This document shows positions 10,931 through 20,537 of a DNA stretch of 64,000 bases, one piece after another (the first letter of the stretch is position 1; each line of letters begins with the position of its first letter). This DNA comes from Methanocaldococcus indicus (GTDB lineage Archaea; AGJL01; Methanococci; Methanococcales; Methanocaldococcaceae): NCBI RefSeq assembly GCF_049554935.1, contig NZ_CP186926.1, positions 1,350,294-1,414,293 on the forward strand, in the 5' to 3' direction. Made by a program: the position numbers and the translations under genes. A model generated the notes under the pieces. It searched no databases, had not been told where the DNA came from, and was given only the letters and a program-made list of their open reading frames with translations.

Positions 10931-12043
10931 GTGTTAGACATGTATGATTATGCAATAGTTGGTAGTGGAGTAGCAGGATGTACATTGGCAAAAGAGTTAT
11001 CTGGAAAAAAAATAGTTATTGAGAAAGGAGAGAAACCTAAATATGTTGGAGAAGGAAAAAATGTACTTGTAAATTATGTTGTTGGTTTGGGAGGAAGTGC
11101 TGTATTCTCTGTTGGAAATGCAATAAAATTAAAAATTAAAGGATATAAGATTGAGAAAGATATATATGATGAGATTTTTGAAGAACTTAATATTAAAGAA
11201 GCAGATAATACATTTTTAAATGATATAGATAAAGAATTTTTAAATTTTGGATTTAAAAAAACTCCAAAATTTATAGATTTTGAAAAATGCAATAAATGTG
11301 GAAAATGTGCCTCAAAAATATGTAATGCAAAATGGACTCCTCTAAATTTTTTAAAACAATCAGATGCAGATATTATAACAAACTTTAACATAATAAAAAT
11401 TGAAAAGGAAAAAGAATATTTTATTATATACTGTAAAAATAAAAAAATTAAAGCTAAAAATATTGTTCTCTCAGCTGGAGCAATAAATTCAGCAAGAATT
11501 TTAAAATCTTTATATGACTATGAAGAAATAGGAAAGAATCTTTTTGTAGATACATTTATAACTGTTGGAGGAATTCTAAAAGATAGTTATTTAAATGAAG
11601 ATGTCCCTATGCTTGTCTATAAAGATTATGATGACTTTATATTAGCTACACACTACTCTTCCCTTCTATATAAAGAAATTAAAAAAGAACATAAAGATAT
11701 AAGAAGTAAGGATATAGTTGGGCTTATGATAAAAATTAAGGATGAAATGGAGGGAAAAGTTTTAAAAAACAATATAAAAAAAGAAATATCCAAGGAGGAT
11801 TTAAAACTCTTAGTAAGAGGAATTAGTAAAGCAACTAAATATATAAATAAATTAGGTGTTGAGGAGATATATTCTACAATTCCAAGAGGTTCTCATCCTT
11901 CTGGAACATTAAGTTTTATAAAAGATTTTATGTTTGAAGATATCTATGTATGTGATAGCTCTCTATTTAAAGAACCATTAGGAAAACCACCAGTAGTATC
12001 AATAATTGCATTAGCAAAAAAACTAAGTAGAGAGTTATCATGA
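10931..12043 (+). CDS. FAD-dependent oxidoreductase, GMC family, with a Cys cluster
   Basis: GSGVAG, LSAGAINS, HPSGT, YVCDSS and GKPP motifs; CxxCxxCx4C. Confidence 0.8.
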   Translation: MLDMYDYAIVGSGVAGCTLAKELSGKKIVIEKGEKPKYVGEGKNVLVNYVVGLGGSAVFSVGNAIKLKIKGYKIEKDIYDEIFEELNIKEADNTFLNDIDKEFLNFGFKKTPKFIDFEKCNKCGKCASKICNAKWTPLNFLKQSDADIITNFNIIKIEKEKEYFIIYCKNKKIKAKNIVLSAGAINSARILKSLYDYEEIGKNLFVDTFITVGGILKDSYLNEDVPMLVYKDYDDFILATHYSSLLYKEIKKEHKDIRSKDIVGLMIKIKDEMEGKVLKNNIKKEISKEDLKLLVRGISKATKYINKLGVEEIYSTIPRGSHPSGTLSFIKDFMFEDIYVCDSSLFKEPLGKPPVVSIIALAKKLSRELS

Positions 12044-12606
12044 GCTTTGATATAGATAAAAAAAGGGTTTTATCAGATTTAGAGTTATGTATTAGAGAAG
12101 GATTAGTTGATAAAGAAATAATTCCAATTTTAGAGAAAATAAATAAATTAGATAATTACTATACAACATCAAGCTGTATAGGTAGAATAGGGTTAATGGT
12201 AATTCCAAAAGATAAGAATCCAAAAATATACTCAAAATGGTTAATAAAAAAGCATGATTATCCAACATTTGAAGAAATAAAAAACTCTATAACTGATTTT
12301 GATGGTTACTTAATATTTATTATGAACTCTCCAATATTGCATATTGCTTGTAGAGATATAGAATCAGCTAAAAAATTGTTAGATTTAGCTATTCACTCTG
12401 GATTAAAAGCATCATCTATAAAATCAGTAAGTAAAAGAAGAGTTATTGTTGAGATTCTTACAACATTTAAGGTAGATGCTCCTATTGGAGAAGATAATAA
12501 AGTTTTTGTATCTGATGAATATTTAAAATTTTTATTAAATTATAGTATTAAAAAACTAAAATTAGCAAGAGAAAAATTATTTAAATTTTATGACAATTTA
12601 AAATGA
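12040..12606 (+). CDS. taw3: tRNA wyosine-derivative methyltransferase Taw3/Tyw3
   Basis: YYTTSSCIGRI and PILHIACR motifs. Confidence 0.93.
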   Translation: MSFDIDKKRVLSDLELCIREGLVDKEIIPILEKINKLDNYYTTSSCIGRIGLMVIPKDKNPKIYSKWLIKKHDYPTFEEIKNSITDFDGYLIFIMNSPILHIACRDIESAKKLLDLAIHSGLKASSIKSVSKRRVIVEILTTFKVDAPIGEDNKVFVSDEYLKFLLNYSIKKLKLAREKLFKFYDNLK

Positions 12607-12631
12607 TTAATTATTATTTTAAGGTGAGATT

Positions 12632-13483
12632 ATGGAATGTGATGGAAAATGTGACTCTTGCAGTTTAAAAGATAAATGTCCTGATACTAAAAAGTTATTA
12701 GCTATGCAAAATGCTAAGATTAAAGAAAGAATGAGTAAAATAAAACATAAAATTGCTATTTTAAGTGGTAAAGGAGGTGTTGGAAAATCAACAGTAACTG
12801 TAAATTTAGCAGCTGCTTTAGCTCAAAGAGGTAAAAAAGTTGGTATTTTAGATGCTGATATCCATGGTCCAAACATTCCAAAAATGTTAGGATTGGATGG
12901 AGATGTGTTAGTTGGAGAAAATGGAATAATTCCTTTACAAAAAGGAAACATTAAGGTAATGTCTATATCCTTCTTACTTCCAGATGAAAAAACTCCTGTT
13001 ATATGGAGAGGACCAAAAGTTTCAGGGGCTATAAGACAGTTTTTAGCTGATGTGGATTGGGGAGAATTAGATTATTTATTAATAGATACTCCACCAGGAA
13101 CTGGAGATGTTCAACTAACAATTATGCAATCTCTACCATTAGATGGAGCTATAATAGTTACAACACCAGAAGAGATTTCTCTATTAGATGTCAAAAAATC
13201 TATATCTATGTGTAATATGCTAAATATTCCAATAATTGGAATTATTGAAAATATGTCTGGATTTGTCTGTCCAAAGTGTGGAGAGATTGTATATATATTT
13301 GGAAAAGGAGGGGGAGAAAAAGCTGCAAAAGAGTTTAATATAGAATTTTTAGGAAGAATACCATTAGATGTAAAGGCAAGAGAAGCTGCTGAAAAAGGAA
13401 TACCTATGGTAGAAATAGATTGTAAAGCAAAAGAAGAATTTTTAAAGATAGTTGATAAAATTATAGAAAAGGTAGAAAAATAA
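12632..13483 (+). CDS. apbC: Mrp/NBP35 Fe-S carrier ATPase
   Basis: N-terminal Cys cluster; SGKGGVGKST, DADIHGPN, WRGP, DTPPGTGD and ENMSGFVCPKC motifs. Confidence 0.95.
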   Translation: MECDGKCDSCSLKDKCPDTKKLLAMQNAKIKERMSKIKHKIAILSGKGGVGKSTVTVNLAAALAQRGKKVGILDADIHGPNIPKMLGLDGDVLVGENGIIPLQKGNIKVMSISFLLPDEKTPVIWRGPKVSGAIRQFLADVDWGELDYLLIDTPPGTGDVQLTIMQSLPLDGAIIVTTPEEISLLDVKKSISMCNMLNIPIIGIIENMSGFVCPKCGEIVYIFGKGGGEKAAKEFNIEFLGRIPLDVKAREAAEKGIPMVEIDCKAKEEFLKIVDKIIEKVEK

Positions 13484-13498
13484 ATAATTAAAAAATAA

Positions 13499-13681
13499 TT
13501 ATAATAGATGTCTTCCACATCTTCTACCTCTTCCAGGACCTAAACCTCTCCCACCAGCATCTATTCTATGAATATACTCTGCTGGAGCTCCACAGTATGG
13601 ACATTTTTCTGGTTTTGGAACTCCATAAGGAACTTCTATAACTTTTTGACATTTAGAACATAAAAATTTTTTCATTTCCAA
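13499..13681 (-). CDS. Small rubredoxin/Zn-ribbon-like protein with a Gly/Arg-rich tail
   Basis: CSKC-x13-CPYC, IHR, then GGRGLGPGRGRRCGR. Confidence 0.8.
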   Translation of the reverse strand: MEMKKFLCSKCQKVIEVPYGVPKPEKCPYCGAPAEYIHRIDAGGRGLGPGRGRRCGRHLL

Positions 13682-13682
13682 G

Positions 13683-13991
13683 TTACTCCCCTCTTTTTAG
13701 TTCTTCTAATCTTTTTTTAATTCTTGCTAATTCTTCTTCTAACATTCTTTTTTCTTCTTCCAACTCTCTTATAGTTTCTTCTAAATAAGCTTTTTCATCA
13801 GCATATCTTGGAACATATCCACTATATAAGTCCCAGGCATGGACTAATGCTCCAGTTTTTTCATCTATATAGAATGCATGAGGTCCTAACCCACATCTGC
13901 ATGGTCCAACATATCTGTATCTTCCTCCAACTGCTCTAAATGGGTAGTATCTCCAAAATCTTCTACCAAATCCTCTTCCCCATCCGAACAT
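13683..13991 (-). CDS. DUF5320-like Gly/Arg-rich coiled-coil protein
   Basis: GWGRGFGRR N-terminus, GPCRCGLGPH, C-terminal coiled coil; GAGGTGA RBS. Confidence 0.75.
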   Translation of the reverse strand: MFGWGRGFGRRFWRYYPFRAVGGRYRYVGPCRCGLGPHAFYIDEKTGALVHAWDLYSGYVPRYADEKAYLEETIRELEEEKRMLEEELARIKKRLEELKRGE

Positions 13992-14020
13992 TTCCTATCA
14001 CCTCAACTTTTTCTAATATA

Positions 14021-14051
14021 TCACATATGAGAACTAATATATAAACTTTTC
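14021..14051 (-). promoter_or_regulatory. BRE-TATA promoter with a downstream palindrome TCnCATATGnGA
   Basis: Minus strand GAAAAG-TTTATATA (14051-14038), then the palindrome at 14021-14032. Confidence 0.6.
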
Positions 14052-14094
14052 TATTTTATTAATTTAAATATATGAATTTAAAATTTTAAAAAAA

Positions 14095-14811
14095 TTATTT
14101 TTTCATAGCTCTAATCTTTTTAATTAATAATTCATCATCTTCATTATTTTCTTCTTTTTTAATTCTCTTTATTTTATCTTCTTCTTCCCATTTTTTTCCA
14201 GTGTATCTCTTACAAATTATATATGATTCAGCACTTTCTTTTCTTGAAGCTCTTGGTTTAGAGATATAAACTTTCTCAAAATACTTCTCAGCTAATTTAA
14301 CTAAATCATCAACCATATCCCCATAAAACACCTTAGCTAAGAATCTACCTCTCTCTTTTAATAGTTCTGTTGATATCTGCATAGCTGTTTTAACTAAATC
14401 TACTGAACGAGCATGGTCTATATCCCAATATCCAGAAATATTAGGAGAGGCATCTGAGATAACTACATCAGCTTTATCTGGAAGAAGATTTTTTATTTTT
14501 AATATATTTTCCTCTAATGTAAAATCTCCCTTAATTGCTTTAACATTGTCATATCCTAAACTTTTGACAGGTTGTAAATCTATTCCTACAACAAAACCCT
14601 TTTCCCCTACTAATTCTCTTGCTGCTTGTAACCATCCTCCTGGAGCACATCCTAAATCTACAACAATATTTCCTGGTTTAATAATATTAAATTTTTCATT
14701 TAGCTGGAAAAGTTTAAAAGCTGCTCTACTTCTATAATTAAGTTTTTTAGCTAAATTATAATAAAAATCTTTTTTTCTTTTTAAAATCCATCTTTTATCT
14801 TTCCTTCCCAT
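14095..14811 (-). CDS. rlmE: 23S rRNA 2'-O-methyltransferase RlmE/FtsJ
   Basis: [23 protein letters not shown] and [11 protein letters not shown] motifs. Confidence 0.96.
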   Translation of the reverse strand: MGRKDKRWILKRKKDFYYNLAKKLNYRSRAAFKLFQLNEKFNIIKPGNIVVDLGCAPGGWLQAARELVGEKGFVVGIDLQPVKSLGYDNVKAIKGDFTLEENILKIKNLLPDKADVVISDASPNISGYWDIDHARSVDLVKTAMQISTELLKERGRFLAKVFYGDMVDDLVKLAEKYFEKVYISKPRASRKESAESYIICKRYTGKKWEEEDKIKRIKKEENNEDDELLIKKIRAMKK

Positions 14812-14848
14812 AATCTCACAAAAAATAATAAAAAATTTTAATAAAAAA

Positions 14849-15019
14849 TTATAATTGCTCCTTAACTTTGTTATTGAGTTCTTTTAATTTATTATATAGA
14901 TTTTCATACTCTTTATAATCTAAATTTAGCTCTTTCATCAAGCTTATTATACTTTCAAAATGTTCCTCTGTGTGCTCTAAAACATGAATAAGTTTTTTAA
15001 CCAATCTCTCTCTTTCCAT
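14849..15019 (-). CDS. Small helical protein with an HxxxHxxxH motif (56 aa, not in the ORF track)
   Basis: [56 protein letters not shown]; ATG 6 nt after the DUF371 stop. Confidence 0.8.
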   Translation of the reverse strand: MERERLVKKLIHVLEHTEEHFESIISLMKELNLDYKEYENLYNKLKELNNKVKEQL

Positions 15020-15025
15020 AATATA

Positions 15026-15436
15026 TCACTCTACAATTATTTTAAATGTTAGCTCCTTTCCCTCTTTTAATTTTTTTATTAGTTCTCTATTTAAATCTTT
15101 GGCTCCCTTATTTGCTTTAATCATTAATGTTCTTGGACAGATATATGAACTTTTTCTTACAACTATATCTGTTGGATGATTTAATATTAAATCTTTATGT
15201 CCTTCTCCAACTACAACCTCTTTTATATTATCTACTTCAATCTCAACAACTATTTTTTTGGCATTTCTTAACTTCTCTTTAAATTCTTCTGGAAAGTCCA
15301 ACATTGATTTATTTGCCATAATTCCAATAATACAGTGTCCTGTCTTTGTTAGATAGTTGTCTTTTGTTATCTCCAATGTTGTTTTATGGGTTCCAGAGAC
15401 ATTTTTATGTCCTTTTGCTTTTATAGTGAATATCAT
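15026..15436 (-). CDS. DUF371 family protein
   Basis: AKGHKNV..THKTTLEITKD.YLT..GHCIIG and RTLMIKANK motifs. Confidence 0.9.
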   Translation of the reverse strand: MIFTIKAKGHKNVSGTHKTTLEITKDNYLTKTGHCIIGIMANKSMLDFPEEFKEKLRNAKKIVVEIEVDNIKEVVVGEGHKDLILNHPTDIVVRKSSYICPRTLMIKANKGAKDLNRELIKKLKEGKELTFKIIVE

Positions 15437-15532
15437 AATTTACCATAATTTAATTTTCTATTTTTAGAGTTAGATTAAATTTATATAAAACTTTACTAAT
15501 TAAAGAATAAAAACTTTTTTGAGGGATATTAA

Positions 15533-17113
15533 ATGTATTGGGCAGATGTTACTGCAAATAAACTTTTAAGGAATAGGAAAGAAGATAAGTATGTTATAGC
15601 AACAGGAATAACACCATCAGGACATATACATATTGGAAATGCAAGGGAAACATTAACAGCAGATGCAATTTATAAATCTCTGAAAGATTTAGGAGTAGAA
15701 GCTGAACTTATATTTATAGCAGATACTTATGACCCTTTAAGGAAGAGATATCCATTTTTACCTGAAAGTTATGAGGAATATGTTGGAGTTCCATTAAGTG
15801 AAATACCTTGTCCAGAAGGATGTTGTGAGAACTATGCTGAACATTTTTTAAAACCATATTTAGAGAGTTTAGATGATTTAGGGATTGAAATTAAAGTTTA
15901 TAGGGCAGATAAGCTCTATAAAGAAGGAGTTTATAATGAAAAAATAAGATTGGCATTAGATAATAGAGAGAAAATTATTGAGATTTTAAATAAATTTAGA
16001 GATAAGCCATTAGAAAATGATTGGTGGCCAGTAAATGTAGTATGTGAGAAATGTAAGAGTTTAAAAACTAAGATTTTATCTTATGAAAATGAAAAATTAA
16101 AATACAAATGTGAAAAATGTGGATATGAAGGAGAGTCATCATTTTACAATGGTAGAGCTAAGTTAAAATGGAGAGTTGATTGGCCTGCAAGATGGAGTAT
16201 ATTCAATGTTTCTCTTGAACCTATGGGAAAAGACCATGCAGCTGCTGGAGGTAGCTATGATACTGGAAAACTAATAGCTAAGGACATCTATAATTATGAA
16301 GCTCCTTTTAAAGTAGTATATGAGTGGATTCAGCTAAAAGTAGGAGATAAAGCAGTTCCAATGAGCTCATCAAAAGGAGTAGTATTTGCTGTTAAAGATT
16401 GGACTGATATAGCACATCCTGAAATATTAAGATTTCTAATTTTGAGAAGTAAGCCAAATAAACATATTGACTTTGATTTAAAGAAAATTCCTGATTTAGT
16501 TGATGAATATGATAGATTAGAAGAGTTCTATTTTGAGAATAAAGATAAGGAATTAGATGAAGATGGAAAAGAAAAGATAAGGATTTATGAAATATCTACA
16601 CCAAAAATTCCAGAAAAAAAGCCATTTGTTATACCATATAGATTTTGCTCAATAATAGGACAGTTAGCATACAAAGATGGAGATATTGATATGGAGAAAG
16701 TTTTTGAGATTTTAAAGAGAAACAACTATAATATAGAAGAGATAGATGATTTCAGTTTAAGAAGATTAAAAGATAGATTGATAATGGCAAGAAATTGGGC
16801 ATTGAATTATGGTGAAAAATTAGTAATTATTGATGAAGAAGAAGCTAAAAATATTTATAAATCTCTAAAAGATAAACAAAAAGAATTTATTAAAAGATTT
16901 TATGAAAGATTAAAAGAGATTAATTTTGATGCACTAACAATCCATGAGACAATTTATGAAGTAGCTAAGGAAGTTGGTATAAATGTTAGAGATGCCTTCC
17001 AAGCATGTTACTTAATCTTATTAAATAAAAAGTATGGACCAAGGTTAGGAGCTTTCTTAGCTTCATTAGGGAAAGATTTTGTATTAAAAAGATTTGGGTG
17101 TTTAGATGATTAA
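15533..17113 (+). CDS. lysS: Lysine--tRNA ligase, class I
   Basis: GITPSGHIHIGN, KLKWRVDWPARW, GKDH, MSSSKG and GPRLG motifs. Confidence 0.97.
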   Translation: MYWADVTANKLLRNRKEDKYVIATGITPSGHIHIGNARETLTADAIYKSLKDLGVEAELIFIADTYDPLRKRYPFLPESYEEYVGVPLSEIPCPEGCCENYAEHFLKPYLESLDDLGIEIKVYRADKLYKEGVYNEKIRLALDNREKIIEILNKFRDKPLENDWWPVNVVCEKCKSLKTKILSYENEKLKYKCEKCGYEGESSFYNGRAKLKWRVDWPARWSIFNVSLEPMGKDHAAAGGSYDTGKLIAKDIYNYEAPFKVVYEWIQLKVGDKAVPMSSSKGVVFAVKDWTDIAHPEILRFLILRSKPNKHIDFDLKKIPDLVDEYDRLEEFYFENKDKELDEDGKEKIRIYEISTPKIPEKKPFVIPYRFCSIIGQLAYKDGDIDMEKVFEILKRNNYNIEEIDDFSLRRLKDRLIMARNWALNYGEKLVIIDEEEAKNIYKSLKDKQKEFIKRFYERLKEINFDALTIHETIYEVAKEVGINVRDAFQACYLILLNKKYGPRLGAFLASLGKDFVLKRFGCLDD

Positions 17114-17876
17114 AGTTTTAGCTATGGAAGAAGTTAAAAGTAATTCAAAAGAGTTGGCAAATAAAGAATTTGAAAAATTGAAAGAAGATATATTAAAAAA
17201 TTATAAAGCAAAGTTAAACTTTGTAGATGTAGAAGAGAATGAGCTATATACTGTTGTTGGTGAGTTTGAGATAGAGTTTGATAATTTTTTAGAGTATATA
17301 GAATTTTGTTTAAAGTATTCTCCTGATGTGGAAGTATTGAAACCTTCAAAAATAGTTTTAGATAAGGAAGAATTGAACAAAGTTTTAGCATTTGTTATTC
17401 ATACATTTAAAGAATTTACTAATAAATATAAAATAGGTTTTAATGTATATTTAAAAGATAAGAAAGATTATGACATTGAAAAATATAAAAATGGACTTTA
17501 TGATGATGAAGAGCTTTATGAGTTGGAGGAAGAGTATATAAGAGTTAAAGCTGTGTTTGAAGGAGAAGGTAAAAGTGAGAAAGAAGTTGTTGCAAATCTA
17601 TTATCATCCTTGGATATGGACAATATTATTGTAAATAAAATATTAACACAAAATTATGAAAAAGATGAATTTAAAGGATTAATTGGAGTTGATTTATTTT
17701 GTAAGCCATTTGAACTTTTTGAAATAGCTTATAAATATCAACCAGTTGCTTTATCTGTACAAAAAGATAAAATAACACTTTCTTTATCAGAAATACAAGA
17801 TATAGGTAATGAATTAGGAGGAGCAATATTTGAGCTATCTCATGCAGTTGTTAATAGATTTGGAAACATAAAATAA
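17106..17876 (+). CDS. Conserved archaeal hypothetical protein with an internal domain duplication
   Basis: 256-aa ORF overlapping the lysS stop; two similar halves. Confidence 0.75.
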   Translation: MIKVLAMEEVKSNSKELANKEFEKLKEDILKNYKAKLNFVDVEENELYTVVGEFEIEFDNFLEYIEFCLKYSPDVEVLKPSKIVLDKEELNKVLAFVIHTFKEFTNKYKIGFNVYLKDKKDYDIEKYKNGLYDDEELYELEEEYIRVKAVFEGEGKSEKEVVANLLSSLDMDNIIVNKILTQNYEKDEFKGLIGVDLFCKPFELFEIAYKYQPVALSVQKDKITLSLSEIQDIGNELGGAIFELSHAVVNRFGNIK

Positions 17877-18034
17877 TCTTAATTTTCTTTATTTTTTGCT
17901 TCCTAATTAATTTTTTAAACAAAATATAAAAATAAAAATTTTAATATAGCTTAAAGATAAATATTAAATATTATAAAATATGATTATTAAATATTAAAGT
18001 TTTAGGAACTAAATTCATAAGTAGTAGATTAATT

Positions 18035-18226
18035 ATGATAAAAAAGTTACTCTCTAATAAAGGACAAATATCTATGGAATTTGCTATTTTAATGATGGTA
18101 GTAGTAACAACTTCAACAATATTGACATACTATTTAATGAAATCAGCTATATCTATAAAAGATACATCTGTTAAAGCTATAAATGAAACTGCTAATACAG
18201 CAGAAAAAGCCTTATCAACTGTTTAG
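18035..18226 (+). CDS. Class III signal peptide (pilin-like) protein
   Basis: KG|QISMEF followed by a hydrophobic stretch (Q+1, E+5). Confidence 0.85.
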   Translation: MIKKLLSNKGQISMEFAILMMVVVTTSTILTYYLMKSAISIKDTSVKAINETANTAEKALSTV

Positions 18227-18237
18227 GTGATAATAAT

Positions 18238-18627
18238 ATGTGTATATTTTGTAAGATAGTGAATGGAGAAATTCCTGCTAAGGTAGTTTATGAAGATGAC
18301 TATGTCTTAGCTTTTTTAGATATCAATCCAAGAAGTAAGGGACATACATTAGTTATTCCAAAAAAGCATTATGAAAAATTTGAAGATATTCCTGATGAAG
18401 AACTTCAAAAATTAATTTTAGGAGTTAAAAAAACATTAAATATATTAAAAAAATTAGGATTTAGTGACTATAATATAGTTAATAACAATGGTAAATTAGC
18501 TGGACAAGAAGTTAATCATGTTCATTTTCATATAATTCCAAGATTTGGAGAAGAAGAAGGAATAATTTTTGGAAAAGTAGTAGATGTTGATTTGGATGAA
18601 ATCTATAAAAAATTAAAGAGTAATTAA
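18238..18627 (+). CDS. HIT family nucleotide hydrolase
   Basis: CIFCKI, GHTLVIPK and HVHFH motifs. Confidence 0.95.
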   Translation: MCIFCKIVNGEIPAKVVYEDDYVLAFLDINPRSKGHTLVIPKKHYEKFEDIPDEELQKLILGVKKTLNILKKLGFSDYNIVNNNGKLAGQEVNHVHFHIIPRFGEEEGIIFGKVVDVDLDEIYKKLKSN

Positions 18628-19899
18628 TCTTTTTATCTCTTCTAATTTTTCTTTTAAAATTTCTTCATTATCTGCCTCTAAGTTTAACCTTAATAAAGGT
18701 TCTGTGTTTGAAGGTCTGATATTAAACCAGAATCCTTTACAATACACTGAAAGACCATCAAGTTCTTCTATTCTACAATCTTTAAAATGTTCTTTTATTC
18801 TTTCTAATACCTCTTTTTGGTTATCTACTTTAAAGTTTATTTCCCCTGAATGATAGTATTTATTAAATTCATCTGCTAACTCATCTAAATCTTTATTTGC
18901 CTTCACAACATAGTATAAAGCCAACAAAGGACTCTCAAAATATCCAATTTCTTTAAAGTAGAAATGATTACTTAACTCTCCTGCAAACTCAGCGTCTTCT
19001 TTATGCATAAGCTTTTTTATAAAGTAATGTCCTACTCTTGTCTTTATAGGAATTCCTCCATACTTTAAGATAGTTTCCTCAACAACCTTAGAACATCTTA
19101 AATCATATATAATTTTTGAATTTGGTTTTTCTTTTAAAATTTCTCTTGCTATTATAGCCGTTAATATATCTCCTCTAACATTTCTACCTCTATTGTCTAT
19201 CATTCCTAACCTATCACCATCTCCATCAAATATTAAACCTAAATCACATTTTTCTTCTTTTACTTTTTTTATTATATCTCTTAAACACTCCTCTTTTAAA
19301 GTATCTGGCTCATGAGCTGGAAAATTTCCATCAGGATAGTCATTTATAAAAATAGGATTCTCTACAATTTCCTCTAAAATCTCTTTTTCTGCTATTGTTG
19401 TTGCACCATTTGCAAAATCAACAGCTATCTTTTTATCAATTTTTCCAATCTTTTTAATAAAGAATCTCTTATAATCCTCTTTAATATCAACTAAATAGTC
19501 CTCTAAATTAACTGGTTCTTTTGCTTTATATTTCTTAAATATTGGTTTAATCTCTTCTTTTGGAGATATTGGAATAGCTACTCTATCACACATCTTAAAT
19601 CCAGTATATTCCTTAGGATTATGAGAAGCAGTAATAATAACTCCTAAATCATATTTATTTTTAGTTCCAAAGTATAAGAGTGGTGTTGATATAACTCCTG
19701 CAAAATCAACATCACAACTCTCCACCAATCCAGAAACAAAATAAGGAGCTAATTTTTTTGAACCTTCTCTAACATCCATTCCAACTAAAACTTTTTTATC
19801 TTTATATTTTTCTCCTAAAACTTTTCCTAAGGAATATGCAAAATCTTCATCTAACTCTTTCTTATATACTCCTCTTATATCATAAGCTTTAAACACCAT
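18613..19899 (-). CDS. Phosphomannomutase/phosphoglucomutase
   Basis: FKAYDIRG, TASHNP, FDGDGDR, GELSNH and RPSNTEP motifs. Confidence 0.93.
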   Translation of the reverse strand: MVFKAYDIRGVYKKELDEDFAYSLGKVLGEKYKDKKVLVGMDVREGSKKLAPYFVSGLVESCDVDFAGVISTPLLYFGTKNKYDLGVIITASHNPKEYTGFKMCDRVAIPISPKEEIKPIFKKYKAKEPVNLEDYLVDIKEDYKRFFIKKIGKIDKKIAVDFANGATTIAEKEILEEIVENPIFINDYPDGNFPAHEPDTLKEECLRDIIKKVKEEKCDLGLIFDGDGDRLGMIDNRGRNVRGDILTAIIAREILKEKPNSKIIYDLRCSKVVEETILKYGGIPIKTRVGHYFIKKLMHKEDAEFAGELSNHFYFKEIGYFESPLLALYYVVKANKDLDELADEFNKYYHSGEINFKVDNQKEVLERIKEHFKDCRIEELDGLSVYCKGFWFNIRPSNTEPLLRLNLEADNEEILKEKLEEIKRLITL

Positions 19900-19901
19900 A
19901 A

Positions 19902-20537
19902 TTATCCCAAAATTCTTATACCTTTTTCATATATCTCAAATTTTATCTCTTCTTCTGGAGCATATAAATGTTTTTCTAAATATGCTACTCTATAATCCTT
20001 ACTTTTCTCCAATCTAATTATACATTTGCTCCAATACTCTAAAAGATTTCCTCCAGCAGCTTCAAATCCATTAGTCGTTTCCCTTCCTTGGTTTGTTATA
20101 AGGACAGCTATATTGTAAGATTTAGCCAACTTTAACAATGTTCTTATCTGATTTCCAAGCATTCTATTTAGAGTTATATTTTTATCTGCTTTATCAGTTA
20201 ATTCCAATCTATATAGAGAGGTTATATTATCCACAACAACTAAATCAATTTCATTAGCCAACTTTGGAAGTTCTTTTAATATAATTCTATCTTGCTCAAA
20301 AAAGTCAAATATGTTATAAACCAACAAATTCTCTAAAAGTTTATGGTTATTTTCAATTTGTAAAATTCTTTTTATTGAAAGTCCTCCCTCTGTGTCAATA
20401 TAAACAACTTTTCCATTATCTTTTATATAATTTATAGAATTGATTATACAAATATTTGTTTTTCCACTTCCAGGAGGTCCATAAATTTGAGTTATAATTT
20501 CTCTATCAACCTTATCAGTTAATATTTTTGTTAGCAT
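19902..20537 (-). CDS. radB: DNA repair protein RadB
   Basis: GPPGSGKT, YIDTEGG and KH motif; short RecA core. Confidence 0.92.
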   Translation of the reverse strand: MLTKILTDKVDREIITQIYGPPGSGKTNICIINSINYIKDNGKVVYIDTEGGLSIKRILQIENNHKLLENLLVYNIFDFFEQDRIILKELPKLANEIDLVVVDNITSLYRLELTDKADKNITLNRMLGNQIRTLLKLAKSYNIAVLITNQGRETTNGFEAAGGNLLEYWSKCIIRLEKSKDYRVAYLEKHLYAPEEEIKFEIYEKGIRILG

